From assembly GCF_036321535.1 (NCBI RefSeq), contig NC_087436.1, positions 49,044,001-49,108,000 on the forward strand: 64,000 nt of DNA, given 5' to 3'. The notes beneath the pieces were generated by a model. The model saw nothing but the letters and a program-made list of their open reading frames with translations, was not told the DNA's origin and searched no databases. The stretch is from Camelus dromedarius. Lineage: Eukaryota. Both the position numbers and the translations under genes were made by a program. This document shows positions 25,251-39,689 of the stretch, in pieces (position 1 is the stretch's first letter; every line of letters begins with the position of its first letter).

Positions 25251-27639
25251 TCTATTCTCGTTAAATAAGCCAGAAAGATAGAATAGGTATTGGTTGAGGG
25301 AAGTTGGGGGAAGAAGTGATAGGTATTGTGAGGGATGAACAAGACTTGATATTAATAATGGAATGGGCCTCCTTAACATCTTCTTTATTGGACAGTATTT
25401 TACTTAAGCCCCTTTGATCTAATAAAATATTATTTATCTGAATATATAAATTTCTAAAAGCTACTTGTTGAGGCCTTTTGTAGAATGTAACCAAGAAAAA
25501 AGATGTGGACTTAAGTCGGAAGAGAAGTAGCTAGAAAACAAAAGAATATTGGCAATTTGCATTTCAGCAACGGTGGTAATGTTGAGTAATTCTGGAGCCA
25601 TATCAAATGACACAACTGCAGAGTTTCCCTTGACCTAAATAACCTCTTGAAAACAAAGCAGTCACTATACTTAGAACTGTTGAATTATGATCACCACAGA
25701 CATCCTTTTGAGCAAAGCGTGCCGGTCAAAAGGAGGCAAAGTTCAGTGTTACTGATAAACGTTAACAACTGATGTGCCAAAGGTCTAAACCTGTGGGACA
25801 CAAGCTTCTCAATGAGCAGAATATTAGGAAAAGTAACAACTTTATTATGTCTCTCAAATTTTAATTAACACACATTTTACAAGATCTTATGTTTTTTATT
25901 AGTCTGTACAAAGTCTAGAAAGACTATATTTCTTCTCTCTATGGGATCTTATATTCCTTGAGATGCAAAACTGCATCTCTGAAAGCTGTGTGCTTTTTAG
26001 GTGCAGTATACTTATACATATTTGCAACATATTCTTCTTTCCAAAGTCCTTCTCCAGGCTGAGTTAGTCACTGAAAGTCACTAACATTGCTCTGAATGTC
26101 ATTATATAAGAAAAAAATCCCCACCTTCAGATACATTGTAAATATGCATTGTTCTTGATTTCCAAACAAAGAGAAATTTAGCACTATGTGAAAAATGTAA
26201 ACTGAATTTTTCATTGAAATATACATGTTAACACTATCATGGTGACCATCTTTTTGAATGAAGGGATAAATGTATATTCCAGTTCAGTCCAGCAAGTGCT
26301 AGATTTGGAACTAGGAATCTTGCATTTGTTCTTCCTAACGAAACTCATTGTCTCTTAATTTGTATCACAATTAACTTGTAATTTGCTGAATATAAGCTAG
26401 TCACATTGTGCTTTATTTATTAAAAAAAATATTAACATTCTGGCTTGGTTTCCCTTTGCTATCCATCACGTGGAGCCCTTAGAAAATACAAATTTATGAA
26501 TCTTGTCATGGCTTGTCCGCCTAGAGATCTGTTTGCAATTCAATTCCCTCTTCACAGTTTACCTTGTATTATTCATTCTACAAATATTTACCAAATTCCT
26601 ACTCTGTGTCAGGTTCTGTGCTAGGGTTTAGTTTAGGTGTTTAACGTTGAGCTTTATGTACTGGTTATTCCTATATGTGTTTGTGATTGATTATACATCT
26701 TCTGATGCCCAGACACTTTCGTGTATGGAGAGGAACAAACAACCAAAAGTACTCATACTTTGCTTGATTTTCATCTTACTAAATTCATGTATTTTACTTA
26801 TCAAACTCATATATTAAAATTGATGGTAAATTTGGTTAATTAAATTTACTTTAGAAAGCTAAACAGCAGTTCCACAGTTAGCATGACTGAACACTTTAAA
26901 CAGAAGATGAAATATATACAAATGTAAGGACGATACAACTTATTATTACAAATATCCTTATATTTATTCTAAAAATTAACATTATGACTTTGACTAACAT
27001 CCTCCATACTCCTTTTGTTGTTGTGTAATATTTTTACTATACTTAATTTGATTATCTTCCTAAGGTTTTAGAAATACTACATTTAAGTAATATTTCCAGA
27101 GGTGGTAAATCTTTCCTGATAAATAAAGAAAAAACTTTTTCAAACTAGCCAAAGTCACAGGATCTAGGTTATCAACCGATAGAATATTGGATGGAGAATT
27201 GGGTGTAGAATTTAAAGCAGATTAAAAATCAAGAGAAAAATCAAGATAATAGCCATAAAGGTGATTTCCTTTTATGGTTAAATTTTGCAACCATTTACCT
27301 CTCTTAAAATGATGTCTTTTGAAAGTTAGTAATTTCATCTATGTCTTGTCATCATAATATATTGACCTGGTCTGTTAGCATTATTATAACTTTTTTAGTC
27401 CTTAATTAGTATTTTATTATCACTTGTAGAGCCATATAACAGTTTCATCTCTTAAGAGATACAAGAACAGGACCGTACATTTCTCTTTAAGACATTTTGC
27501 TAATTCAAATACTTTTGAACACTCCTACTTGGTTATAATGTACTCCTTACTATTAGATCCACTTTCTACGTGATGTTATATGTGGTGGCTATGAGGGCTA
27601 ATTAGTTCTCCTTGTTATTGATAAAGTTTGTACCTTGTA

Positions 27640-29120
27640 TGTAACAATTGTCAAACTCTGCCAAAATGATTGTACCATTTTACATTTCCTACAGCAACGT
27701 ATGAAAATTTTTATTACTATTCATATCTTCTCCAATACTTAAAGTTGTCAGATTTTTAAATTTCAGCCATTTACTGGATATGTAGTGTTACTTATTTGTG
27801 TTTTCATTTGCATTTTCCTGATGACTAATGATATTAAGCCTCTTTTCATGGGCTCATTAGCTACATGTGTATCTTTAGTAAAGTATTTGCCTGCGTTTAT
27901 TGGGTTGTTGTTCATCTTACTATTAATAAGTTGCAAAAAAATTTCTTTATTTCAAACATATCTTTTGTCATATATATGTAACATGAATTTATTTTTCACT
28001 CTGTGGCTTGCCTTTTCATTTTCTTGACAATGTTTGTCAAAGGGTTAACATTTTTTTTTTTACTTTGTAAACACCAATTAATCAATTTTTTGTGGCTGAT
28101 GCCACTCCAGAGTAAAAAACATTTGTTCCTATGTTTTCTTCTAGAAGTTTTAGAGTTTTATTTCTTAAGTTTAAGTCAATGTTTCATGTCTAATTAATAT
28201 TGATATGTGGTATGAAGTAAGGGCCGAGGCTTTTTTTTTTTTTTTCCATATGTATATCCAATTGTTCTGGCATGATTTTTTAAGATTGTCCCTTCCCCAT
28301 TGAAATACCTTCATGCCTTTATTGAAAACCAAATAGCCACTGATCTGTATGTCTATTCTCTTACCAAAAGCTCACTTTTGGTTAATTTTTTGTTTATCAT
28401 AAATCTTAGAGTCCAATGGTATATGTCCTCTAACTTTGTTCTTCCTTTCCAAAATTACTTGATTCTTCTAGGTTCTTTGCATTTCCACGTAAATTTTATA
28501 TTCTGCTTGTCAATTGTTCCAAAATGCATGTTGGGATTTTACTTGGATTAGTTTAATCTATGGATTAATCTAGATATTGGGAGAATTGCCATTTTAACAG
28601 TGTTGGATCTTCCAATCCACAAACATCATGTATTTCTCCATTTATTCAGGTCTTTTAAAATTTGTCTCTGCAATGTTCTGTGGTTTTCAGTAAACAGATC
28701 TTGCACATATTTTGTTATATTTATCTCAAAATTTCATTTTTTGTTACTATTGTAATAGAAATGTTTTATAATTTATATTTCCATTCGTTGTCAGTGTATA
28801 GAAAGGCAATTGATTTTTGCATGTTAGCTCTGATTTGGGAAACTTGCTAAAGTGACTTATTAGCAAGTAATAGTTTTATAGAATATAGTTTTTTATAGAT
28901 TGTTTATATGTACATGGTCAGTTTACTTGCAAATAGAGTTTTTATTTCTTTCTTTGCAATCTCTGTGGTGTTTGTTTCTTTTCTTGTTGAATGCATTGGC
29001 TAGAATCTCCAGTAAGTATTAAGAAGTAGAGAAAGTGGGGACATTCTTGTCATGTTCCTGATCTTCAAGGGAAAGTGTTGAGTCTTAATTAGGGCCCTTT
29101 ATCAGGCTGAGAAAGTTTCC
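27640..29120 (-). mobile_element. old L1 (L1M) ORF2/3' remnant
   Basis: 'tgattgtaccattttacatttcctacagcaacgtatga...tttgcattttcctgatgactaatgat...gggacattcttgtcatgttcctgatctt'. Confidence 0.75.
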
Positions 29121-29489
29121 TCAGTTCAGTGAAATCACTGTGCTTTGCCTGGGATCCTCCTATCAGTGCCACAGAGTGGAATATCTTTAGGCAGAAAGCC
29201 AGGGTAATTGCAGGGCCCATCTCATTTTTCTTCTATATCAGGAATAATAGTTTTACTCTTCCTGATATTCCATGTCTGAAAATACTTTTTCTTACATTTA
29301 ATCCATTTTTCTAGTTATTTATTGTGAATGGTAAATCTGGTCCCAGTTACATTATGGCCCCACATTCAGAGGAGGTAGATAAATATCTGTACATTAATAC
29401 TCTGTTTATCTAAATCAATAAAATTAAAAACAGTTCTCTATATTCACAATTTTGTTATGATTTTTATTAAACACTTCAATTACTTTTTA

Positions 29490-30395
29490 GTTTTTTTATT
29501 TTTAAAAAATTTTATTAAAGTATAGTTGATTTACAGTATTAGTCACAGGCATACAACACAGTGATTCAATATTTTTATAGGTTATACTCCATTAAAAGTT
29601 ATTATAAAATAGTGGCTGTATTTCCCTGTGCTGTACAATGTATCTTTGTTGCTCATCTATTTTATACATAGTAGTTTGTATCTTTTAACCCCATACCCCT
29701 ATCTTGCCCCCTCCCCCTCCTTCTCCCAAATGATATCCACTAGTTTGTTTTCTATATCTGTGAGTCTGTTTCTGTTTTGTTATATACATTCATTTGTTTT
29801 ATTTTTTAGATTTTACAGATAAATGATAACATGCAAAATGTGTCTTTATCTGATATATATCTCTAAGTATAATACTCTCTTCCATGTTGTTGCAAATGGC
29901 AGAATTTCATTCTTTTTAATGGCTGATTAATATTCTATTATATATATAATATTCCATTATTTTCATATATATAATATCTTCTTTATCCATTTATCTGTTG
30001 ATGGACACTTGGATTGCTTCTATATCTTGGCTTTTGTAAATTATGCTGCTATGTTTACATCAGGATGCATGTATCTTTTTACATTAGTTGTTGTTTTTTT
30101 TTTTGTTTGTTTGTTTTTTTCAGATTTATACCCAGAAATGAAATTGCTGGATCATATGGTAAGGCTATTTTTAGTTTTTGGAGGAAACTCCATACTATTT
30201 TCCATAGTGGCTGCACCAATTTATATTCCTGCCAACAGTATACAAGGGTTCCCTTTCCTTCATATTCTTGTCAGCATTTGTTATTTGTAGACTTTGATGA
30301 TAGCTGTTCTGACAGGTGTGAGATGATAGCTCATTGTGGTTGTGATTTGCATTTCTCTAATAATTAGTGATGTTGAGCATCTTTTCATGTGACTG
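29490..30395 (-). mobile_element. 5'-truncated L1 (3' end) with TSD
   Basis: T-rich tail then 'aaagtatagttgatttaca...tgttgagcatcttttcatgtg'. TSD cacttcaattacttttt (29472-29488) / cacttcaatttattttt (30396-30412). Confidence 0.88.
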
Positions 30396-31009
30396 CACTT
30401 CAATTTATTTTTAACTTTTGAATATCTACTATAAATTGAAGGCTTTTAAGTAACTCAATCTCTTCAGTTAAACATAATGATTAACAGAATAATCATACAA
30501 TGCACAGAACAACCTCTTTATAAACACAAAGAATTAAATCCCAAGAAGTTCTGGGTTATCCTAATGGGTTGAATAAGTTTCAGTAACACTGAAGAAAGTC
30601 CTCAGAAATAGAAGCCAAGATCCCTAATGTAGAATGCTATTAGTTTGTAGGAAGTGTCCCACACAGCTTACAAACTCAGTGATTCTGCTTCAATAGCTGT
30701 CTCTGAAGTCTGTCATACAGCTTGGGACAGTATCTTCTTCCTGTCTGGATTCTAAAAGTTCCAAGCACAATGCTTTTCACGTTGTAGTGCCCAGTACTAT
30801 TTACTGAATGGAATCAAAAAAATTTATAATACACAATAAAGCATCATATTTACAAGAAAACAAATTTTAAATGAATCGCATTACCAAATGTGAATTATCT
30901 TTTTTCCCTTTTGGTGATTTAGATCATGAAAATTAATTAATATTTTCAGTCAGTCATCCACCTAACATTTATTGGACACTTCCTATAGGGCAACAAATAT
31001 TTGTCCATT

Positions 31010-31497
31010 ATGGCAGAAACTGCTAGTTACCTCAAAACATCTATTCTCCCTTTCTTTTTGGTAATAGAACCCTGTAATTTTTGCTTGGCACATTGTTATT
31101 TAGCTAAAAGACTTTATTTCCATCTCCTTTGCATCCAGGTATGGTAATTTAACTAAGTTCTGGCCAGTAAAATATCAGAAGAGATTCTGTGGAAATTCTA
31201 GGTAGTCTCCTTCAAAGACAGAACATATATCATTCTTTTCTTTATCCCCCCACTTTTCTTTCTGAGTCTTGGATGCAGAAGGTTTCCTAGTTTGGGGCCA
31301 TTAAGACAAGGGCCATATCCTTAGGATGGGAGAGCCATGCACAGGAAAGAACCTAAAGACCTCAGAGAATCACTGAACTATGTCTCATGGCCTAACTCTA
31401 GACTGTTTTTACTGAGAAGTAAAATTCAATTTTATTTAACCATTGTTATTTGACTTTTTTTATTATATGCATGTAAATCAAATTGCAACCAATACAA
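31010..31497 (+). mobile_element. MaLR LTR (MLT1J-like)
   Basis: 'tatggcagaaactgctagttacc...ctaagttctggccagtaaaat...caaccaataca'. Confidence 0.65.
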
Positions 31498-32419
31498 TTT
31501 GAAAAAAGTGTTTGAATATTCTACCTTTGCTAACCCTTTATGAGACTATTAATCTGCTTATTCACTGTGATAAGACTGCATAAAAGACAGTCCTCAGTGT
31601 CTCAGTGCCTTAAAACAGCAAAGATTTTTCTTGCTTATGAATATGCATGTTGGCTGCTCTTCATCTGATCTTGGATCTGATCTTGGACACGATGATATTT
31701 TTGACCGAGTGTGACTGAACTCTAGACTTCAGCTGTGCTGCGTTGTCATCATCCAAGTCCAGCAGCCACCTGGTCTATCTGTTTCTAACAAGGGAATGGC
31801 AAAGGTGCAAGAGGACAAACCAAATCAGACAAACACATTTAAAGTTTAAGAAGCTAATATTTTATTGGCAAGCTACACGGCCAAGCTCAACATCAACGAG
31901 ATGGAAAAATATACTTACACTTACTCTATTGAGAGGAATTTAAATGACACCTAGTAATGAATAATTTTCTAACAGGGAGAGAGTAAAGACTATGGTATGG
32001 AGATCTTGGAAAAGTTATCAAGATCTTGGAAAGGTTACTTTGGCCTCTCTGTGTCTGTTTTTTAATTTGTGAAGCCAGAGTGTCAGGTTAGATGACCTAT
32101 ACCCTTCAGCTTTAAACTTTTATGGCTACAATTCTAGATCACCTTGTTTTCTTCCTGGTTCTCAGCGAACAAAGATATACCAAAGCATAATACTAAAGAA
32201 GATTTTTCATTTAAATACTGATTACAGTTATTTAACTTTAATTGAAATAAAGAAGTGTAAAGCAGGTATCAGTGAGAGGATTTTCCTCTACAAAATATTT
32301 TGTTTCCTTTACCTCATCCTACCTTAAAAAAGTAAAGGGCACAGTCCAAATAAATATTCAGATACAGATGATAAAGTTTTGTTATCAGAAGGTCATTAAC
32401 ATCACAAATCTTTTTTCTT

Positions 32420-32830
32420 TTTCTTAAAATTTATTTATTGAGGTTGATTTACAATATTATATGAGTTTCAAGTATACAACATAGTGATTCATAATTTTTA
32501 CAGATTACACTCCATTTATAAAATATTGACTATATCCCCTGTACTGTACAATATATCCTTGTAGCTTATTTATTCTATGCAGAGTAGTTTGTACCTCTTA
32601 ATCCCCTACCTCTGTGTTGCCTCTCCCTCTTTCCCTCTCCCCACTAATAACCACTAGTTTGTTCTCCATATCTGTAAGCCTGTTTCTTTTTTATTATATT
32701 CACTGGTTTGTTTTATTTTTTAGATTCCACATATAGGTGATAATATACAGTGTCTTTCTCTGTCTGACTTACTTCACTAAGTATAATATCCTCCAAGTCC
32801 ATCCATGTTGTTGCAAATGGCAAAATTTTG
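32420..32830 (-). mobile_element. L1 3' end (truncated)
   Basis: 'ttattgaggttgatttacaatattatatgagtttcaagtatacaacatagtgattc...catccatgttgttgcaaatggcaaaattt'. Confidence 0.85.
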
Positions 32831-33539
32831 TGTCACTGGGGACACAAACATTTAGACCACAATGAACAATAATGTTTGGAAGAATGCACATCATCTTGAG
32901 AACTCTTCCAAAAAATTAGTCACTAAACAGTGAAATGGTGAAGGGGCTGAAATGAAGAATGATTTAAACACCATTAAGGGGGGAAAAAAAACTTCAGTAA
33001 ACAAATCAATTCTCCTCTTCTGAAATAAGGAGCTGATTATAGACAGGGGCCTTAGGATTCATGTTAGATTAGACAGTGCAGGGTAGTCAGATATGTGAGG
33101 GTGATCCCTGACTTCAATGAGGGTAACAGAGGTGTGATAGGGGACAAATTTGGGGGCTCTGAACACTTTGAATCCTCACACTGCTTGTTTGAATCAACCG
33201 CTTGCCTTCTAGGAAGTGAGGACTCCTGGTTACAAGCGACAGAAATGTAACTAAAACTAGAACAATAAAAAGGATGTGCTGGCAGGTACCAGTGAGTCTC
33301 CCAGAGCTGATGCAAGATTGAGCAACCACCTCCTGGAAAGGCAGAGATTAGAGCAGCTCCAGGAATTTCAGTAACTGGAACCATGCATGGACTTGAATGC
33401 CATGAGGACTGCCTCTCCACCTCTAGTTCAATTTCACTTCCTGACAGGGGAGTAGCAAGCTTCTAGAGAGTGTAGGGTGAGAGATATTGTTGGTGATTTT
33501 TATATTTTGGAATATATCATCTGCCACAGGCATTATGAT

Positions 33540-33780
33540 ATCGCAGAAAATTGGACTTGTATTCCAGTTAGTTCTGGTTTGGCCCTTGCTAACCATGTAA
33601 CTTTAAACATGCTCTCTGATCTGCCAGTGTTGGCCCAGTTGACATCACATACTATTTATCAAATGCATGAATGAATGACTTAAGATGACTTCTTCAGGAT
33701 TCAGTTTCTTTGCCTATATGGGACTAATAATACCTGAAGAAAGTCATGAAGAATAAATGAGCTGAGAGACTTGAAGATGA
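33540..33780 (+). mobile_element. MIR SINE (fragmented)
   Basis: 'ttctggtttggcccttgctaaccatgtaacttta...ttcagtttctttgcctatatgggactaataatacct'. Confidence 0.55.
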
Positions 33781-33819
33781 TTTGGAAGGACAACCATCTA
33801 TGGGTATTCCTGTCCTTTT

Positions 33820-34180
33820 TCCTTCAGTGCCTACGACATTCTTTTGGAATAGTCTCCATAATGAGAAATTTTTGTCCTCTCAGTAATTTAGTTTTTGAAA
33901 AGAGCTGAAGGTCATTTGAAGCAGGGAAAGGACATATGATTTCACTGGATAATAACTTTTTGGGGTCTAAAATGAGATATCATTATGATATGATGAGACC
34001 GATATTTTTAAAGTGTCTGGTAACCTGGTCTGAATGACATTTCCAACAAAAGATTATTGAAAGTGTTTGAGCAAAGGCAAAGGAATTGAAATAACTGTAT
34101 AGTGGCTGCAAATAAGGGAAAATGTTCATTTGAATGTTTGTTTAAATACAGGATTGAATGCTTTATCAATCATCTCTCTT
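33820..34180. mobile_element. TcMar-Mariner relic (MARNA-like)
   Basis: 'tttttgaaaagagctgaaggtcatttgaagc...gtgtttgagcaaaggcaaaggaattgaaataactgtatag' resembles MARNA. Confidence 0.55.
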
Positions 34181-35899
34181 GTCCAGTGTCTGAGGAAAGA
34201 CTCAAGGTTCATTTCTAAGATGGGGAAATTTGAATTTTACTGATGACCAGTAAAAAAAATAAATCCAATAATAATTAAGTGAAATAATTATATTTACAGG
34301 CTAAGGACAAAGTGTAGATTTTCAGAAGTTATTTAAAAAGCATCTTAGTTCTGTCATCTCTATATTCAGCTTCTTAAGGTAAAATTACCTCGATATTTTT
34401 TTACTTATATGTCTTTTTTCTTTTTGTAATCTTGGAGATGGTGAATGGGAAGTTATTTTTAAGTATTACTTCTGAAGGGTTTTTTTTATCTTATTAAAAA
34501 ATAACTTATTTCTTAGTCACTGGAGCAAAAATAATAAGAAGGAAAATGATTTCAGCAAATGGAACTAATCAGTTATCAGCATTTTCTTTCTTAAAGAACA
34601 CGGTAGTCGTTGATTTTCTCTAGGGAAACCTGACGTATCTGTGATAAAGTGGATGGCACTGTAATATCAAAGCCAGCCAAGAAGAATCTGAGCAGACTAC
34701 TTAGATAATTTCAATATAATTTTCACTTAAAGTTTTAAAAAATATTCTAAGAGAGAGAAAATATGAAAGAAAAAGACTAAAATGAGATTTTATACAATAA
34801 ATATCATTCCACGTAAGTTATATATGTTATAATAGGTTAGATATATTTTATAAGTATATGTACTAAAATTAGGTGAGAGCTTTTTAAAGTGTATATACTA
34901 GAATAATGTGCTAGATTAACAATCTGGCTGACTGCGTATTGTCCTAAAAAGATCACCAAAGACCATTACATACTCATTTCTTCTGAAACCTGAAAGGTGG
35001 TGAACAGAGATTTAGGGGTAGCTTATGGTCTGCTTGACTTTGTGGGAAAAGCCTTCTCTTAACTTGTTACTCAGTCCCCTTTGCCCTCCTTCAGATGAGG
35101 CCAAATTCAGTACTAGACAGCTCAGCCCACAGGCCATTGCTGATGGAACCTCTGGCTGGTCCAGTACGTAAGGAGTATCTGTTGTTGATGTTAGCCCAAC
35201 AGGAAGTTTTCAGCCCTGATTGGTCTTCTATGAGAAGGGCTGGGGAACACAGGACCCATGAGTGGTTCTGATGATGCTGGTTTTCTTTGCATGATTAGGA
35301 TGGATAATTGCTGTTCCCTTGCTCCAGGTCCTTAGAGAGTCCAGATCCTAGGAGACCTCTCCTGGAGAATCTTCTAACCTGAACCCCAGATGGGGCTGAG
35401 GAGAGTCATTTATTCCACAATATTTGTAACTCCAATTATGGCTACTGCCATGAAAGACTTTTGATTCAAATTATGTTAATTAAGTCATTCTTTGTGTTAG
35501 AGGTATTACTGTTTATCTCATTTGCAATAGGAAAAAAATCCCTTATCTTAAAGAATACAATATTAAGTGTCTCTAGGAGAAAAAAGTGTATTATAGAATT
35601 AAGTAGCTTGGAAATTAAGTCAAGAAAGATACAATAAACTAGATTCAGAAATATCTTCCTTGATTAGAAAGTCTCTCCAGATGTGCTGCATCGCACCAGG
35701 CACCACTGAGCAGATGTTATATAATTTTAATATTTTGTGACAAAAGACATATACTCCAATAACAGGAAAATAATCCAACTGCTTAAACATAGTAGCAGAC
35801 ACTTGTTTTCCTAATAAAAAAATTTTTAAAGATACAACATTTAATTTTGTTTAAAGTACACAATCATTTCAACTTTTTTTTAATTTGGTGCTCAAAGAT

Positions 35900-36420
35900 A
35901 CAGATCACCACTGTTTTACGGCCTCCAAACTACAGCCTCACCCATCTTCCCAACTTTTTTTCCATTTTGTCTTTAGTTCATTCTTTCTCAGCTTCACAGT
36001 TCTCAGTTCCCCTCCATATTTAGTCATCTTTGGCCTTCTTCTTTCTCTCAGACTCTCCTGTCTTCCTGCCTGCTGGACTTGTTCTTGCTCCTCCACCCTG
36101 GAAATCTTTCCCTGGCTCAGCTTCCCTACCTTGTCTATGAGCTCCGTGATCACAGGAGAGCCTTCTGTTTTCCACCATTTTTGCTGCCACTCCCGATGAC
36201 CCCATTGTACCTTGTTTGGATTCTTCCAGTGGCCTCCTAATCAGACCCCTTGATGCCATACTTGCACCCCTCCAATTGAATGGTCGTACTGCAACCAGGG
36301 TGATAGCTATAAAACAAGATGAATCACGACATCCCCTGCTTAAAATCCCTCATTGTGTTCCTACTGCATTTAAGATAATTTCCAAAATCCTGAAAATAAG
36401 GCTCTACATGATCTGTGTAC
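35900..36420 (+). mobile_element. LINE-2 fragment
   Basis: 'cagtggcctcctaatcagacccct...cccctgcttaaaatccctcattgtgttcctactgcatttaagataatttccaaaatcct'. Confidence 0.6.
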
Positions 36421-37384
36421 TACTCTTCTTTGTTAATCACTGTGGTCCATCCAGTGTGGACTGTCTTTTGTCCTATCTTCCTCCCTTGCTTTCTTTCTGC
36501 CTAAATTTTTCTGGAAGGGGGAGGTCAGCAGGGGTGATTCTTAATGAGTGTCTTACGCTCATAAAAAAGAGACTGTCCATTGGGGGTAGGATGAAACTCT
36601 GAAAATGGTTAGATACTGGGGGGCTCAGAAAATGCTTATTATATTGGAAGGCATCATGTTTGCTCCAAGAGCATCTAAAGCTTTTAAAAAATACTAAAAT
36701 AATACATGCTATTGTAACAATGACAATTAAAAAAAATACTATTCAAAGATGTCCTTCCAGATTTTTCTCTGTGTTTATTAGTGTATACATAAACACAGAT
36801 AAGTACTTTCTTGGATAAATAAACAAAAATTATAACTTGTCACCTCAAAATAGCTAAGACTCAGAATAGAAGGCTAGAAATTGAGATTTTTTTTATGATG
36901 AACCCCTGTAGAATTTTCTGCTTACTTTTCCCATGGACCATGGAGAAAGTTAAATGAATCAGTCCATTTAACAGTTTAATTTCCCTCTCCCCACACCCAG
37001 TGTGGAAATTCACCTTAGTTACTGAAAACTGTGGTCCACGATCTAACAGAGATGCTCCTTCACTGAGGAAGCTGTATCACATTGAGAGGGACCATTGTTC
37101 AGGAATCCCAGGATGAGAGGCAGAGCAGCTTCACCTTCATCTACAATGGGTATCACCAACATTAAACTCTTGCCGATGCAATGCACAATGAAACAAAAAG
37201 GCTTCTCAGTCTAGTTTGCATTTTTCTTTATTGATAACAATAGTTGAGCATATTTTTCTATGTTTATCAACAACTTGTGATTTTTCTGTGAATTGCCCCT
37301 TTTGTCTTCTACTCTGTTGGTTGTTGAGTTATTTTTCTTTTTATTGATTTGTAAAAGCTTGTTGTAATGTTGAACATTGTGATG

Positions 37385-37810
37385 AACGTGGAGATGTGCT
37401 GTCCAGATCCCCTTTCCAGGAGGGGCTTGTCACCTCAGCTGCCGGAAGTGCTACTAGCAGAGAGCCTTCAACTGTCAGGTCCTTCAGGGATGGCATCACT
37501 GCAGAGCCACCTTGCCCAAAGTCATACCCTTACCATAGTGGCTTACATCCAAAGACTGATGTGATGGATATACGGTTACAAAGGTCCAGCCATTCTGGCC
37601 CACTAGGAGACCAACCTGCATGTCATTTGACCTCTAGAACTCCCTGCATGGTCAGCCAGAGCTGTTGTTTGGGTCTGTATTGCAAATGGACTTCTCCCTC
37701 AGCCAAATCCTGAACCCTTCCCCTGTCTTCCACAGGGATGGATCCTAAAGGCACTTTCTAATAAATATTCTGTCTCAGTTTCTGCTTCCTGGACAATCTA
37801 TCCTGCAAAA
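37385..37810 (+). mobile_element. ERVL LTR16-like solo LTR inserted in an old L1 fragment
   Basis: 'gtgctgtccagatccccttt...gcagagagccttcaactgtcagg...ggcactttctaataaatattctgtctcagtttctgcttcct'; antisense L1 on both flanks. Confidence 0.7.
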
Positions 37811-37869
37811 GCATACGTATTTCATATATTGTGGCAAATGTTTTCTCAGAAAATATTTCTCAGGCAAAT

Positions 37870-38220
37870 ATGACCTCAGGACCTTTGCACATTCTCTTCC
37901 CTATATCACTTTACCCATGGCTATCTCCTACTTCTCCTTTAGGTATCATATCCTTACTGAGGCCTTCCCTGATCTTCAACCTAAATCAAGTCCCCTTCTT
38001 TTCTGCCACAGCTTCCTGTATTTTCCTTCATAGCACTTATCTCAGTCTTTAATCCTATGAATAGGTTTATGTGATTATTTGTTTATGCCTGAATCCTTCA
38101 CCAGACCCTAAGCATCTTAATGGCAGATAATTCTCCTATTTTTTCATCATTCTATATCCAATTACTGTCATAGTTCCTGACACGTGGTACATCTTTAGTA
38201 AATATTAGTTAAATGAATGA
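37870..38220 (+). mobile_element. LINE-2 3' end
   Basis: 'ctcaggacctttgcacatt...catagttcctgacacgtggtacatctttagtaaatattagttaaatgaatga'. Confidence 0.7.
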
Positions 38221-39380
38221 GGGGACGAATAAAAAAGGGAGGGAAAGGAAAAATTCTCTTTCTAAAAACATTATTTTCAAACAAGGAAAACTCCTCAGCT
38301 ACTGAGTTTCTAACATAAGTGTCATCAACTGAAATTATGAAACTGTTCTACATTCTTTTATTGGGCCCTGAGATTCTTCTGTGGTGTGAGGATGAGTTTT
38401 GATATAAATTAATCCTGATATAAATTAATATTTCCTTGCAATGGGTTACTTTAAATTTATTTCAAGGAATTGCCTTTGGAACCCAGGGTTCTTTTGAATC
38501 CAATTGGAAAACCATTATTCCATGTAATTAGAATAGTATAAAAGAGAAAAAAATAGAAGTTCCATGGTTAAGCCATTTAAAAACAAAATTAATTCCCCCT
38601 GCTCAAAGCCTGAAGGGAAAATCTAGGAAGGGGGCAGAGAAAATGGGTTGTCTCATTAGATTTTGTTCAGGACCTATTATTACCAATTTAGTAGCTCACT
38701 CTTGAATTGGATTAGAATATTACTATGATTACTAGATTTATAATATTATAAGGGATTTATTATGTGTCATTCAGAGCTGAAATTTCTCTTGATTATTTTA
38801 GCCTAGAAGCAGTAATAATACTTAATCAAGCAAAACTTTCTATTTTTTTATGCCATTTAACAATGTGTGGTTAAATCACATGTGATTCTTGTATGATGGA
38901 TAAATTTTATTACATCCAATTTAGTAAATAGCCAGAAAGACTGAAAGCTTAATACCAAATGTACTGTGCACATCATTTGGACTTGGTTAAAAACAACCCG
39001 ATTGTCTTCTATTTTATTTTTAAGAGGTGTATGGGCCTCAGGACATTGATTTATTTTCATATATACGCACATTCAGAAAAGAAGTTCTACATGCTAATGA
39101 CACTTTTTTTTTTCAGACAAAGGAGAATAAAACTAATTTCTCATCTTTCCACCAATTATGTCTCTATTTTCTGGCTCAGTCTGCTTCTTGGGCCAATTGT
39201 TTCATCAAGACTTGGATCAATAGCTCTCTGAAAATAGGAAAGAAAAACAAAACAAAACAAGGATATGAAAGAGGACAGAGAGATCTCTTATCTACTCTTT
39301 AGTCATGACAGCCTTAAAGAGGAATCCAATACACCAACATGCTTTATTTTTTCCTTTGTCCTTTATTCTGTTCAGCTCTT

Positions 39381-39601
39381 CTCTTTGTTTCTTCCTCTTT
39401 CTTTCTTTAACTGAAGTAGTCAGTTTACAATGTTGCATCAATTTCTGGTGTACAGCATAATGATTCAGTCATATATATACATACATATATTCCTTTTCAT
39501 ATTCTTTTTCATTATAGGTTACTACAAGATATTGAATATAGTTCCCTGTGCTATGGAGTATAAACTTGTTATCTGTTTTATATATAGTAGCTAGTATCTA
39601 C
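39381..39601 (-). mobile_element. short L1 3' end with 9-bp TSD
   Basis: 'aactgaagtagtcagtttacaatgttgcatcaatttctggtgtacagcataatgattcag...gttccctgtgctat'; TSD tcagctctt at 39372-39380 and 39602-39610. Confidence 0.8.
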
Positions 39602-39689
39602 TCAGCTCTTATTAATCACTTCTATCAGATTACTCCTAATGGCAAAAGGGAAAGAATATATGCCCTTCCCTTTACTAGATGTTTGCTAC

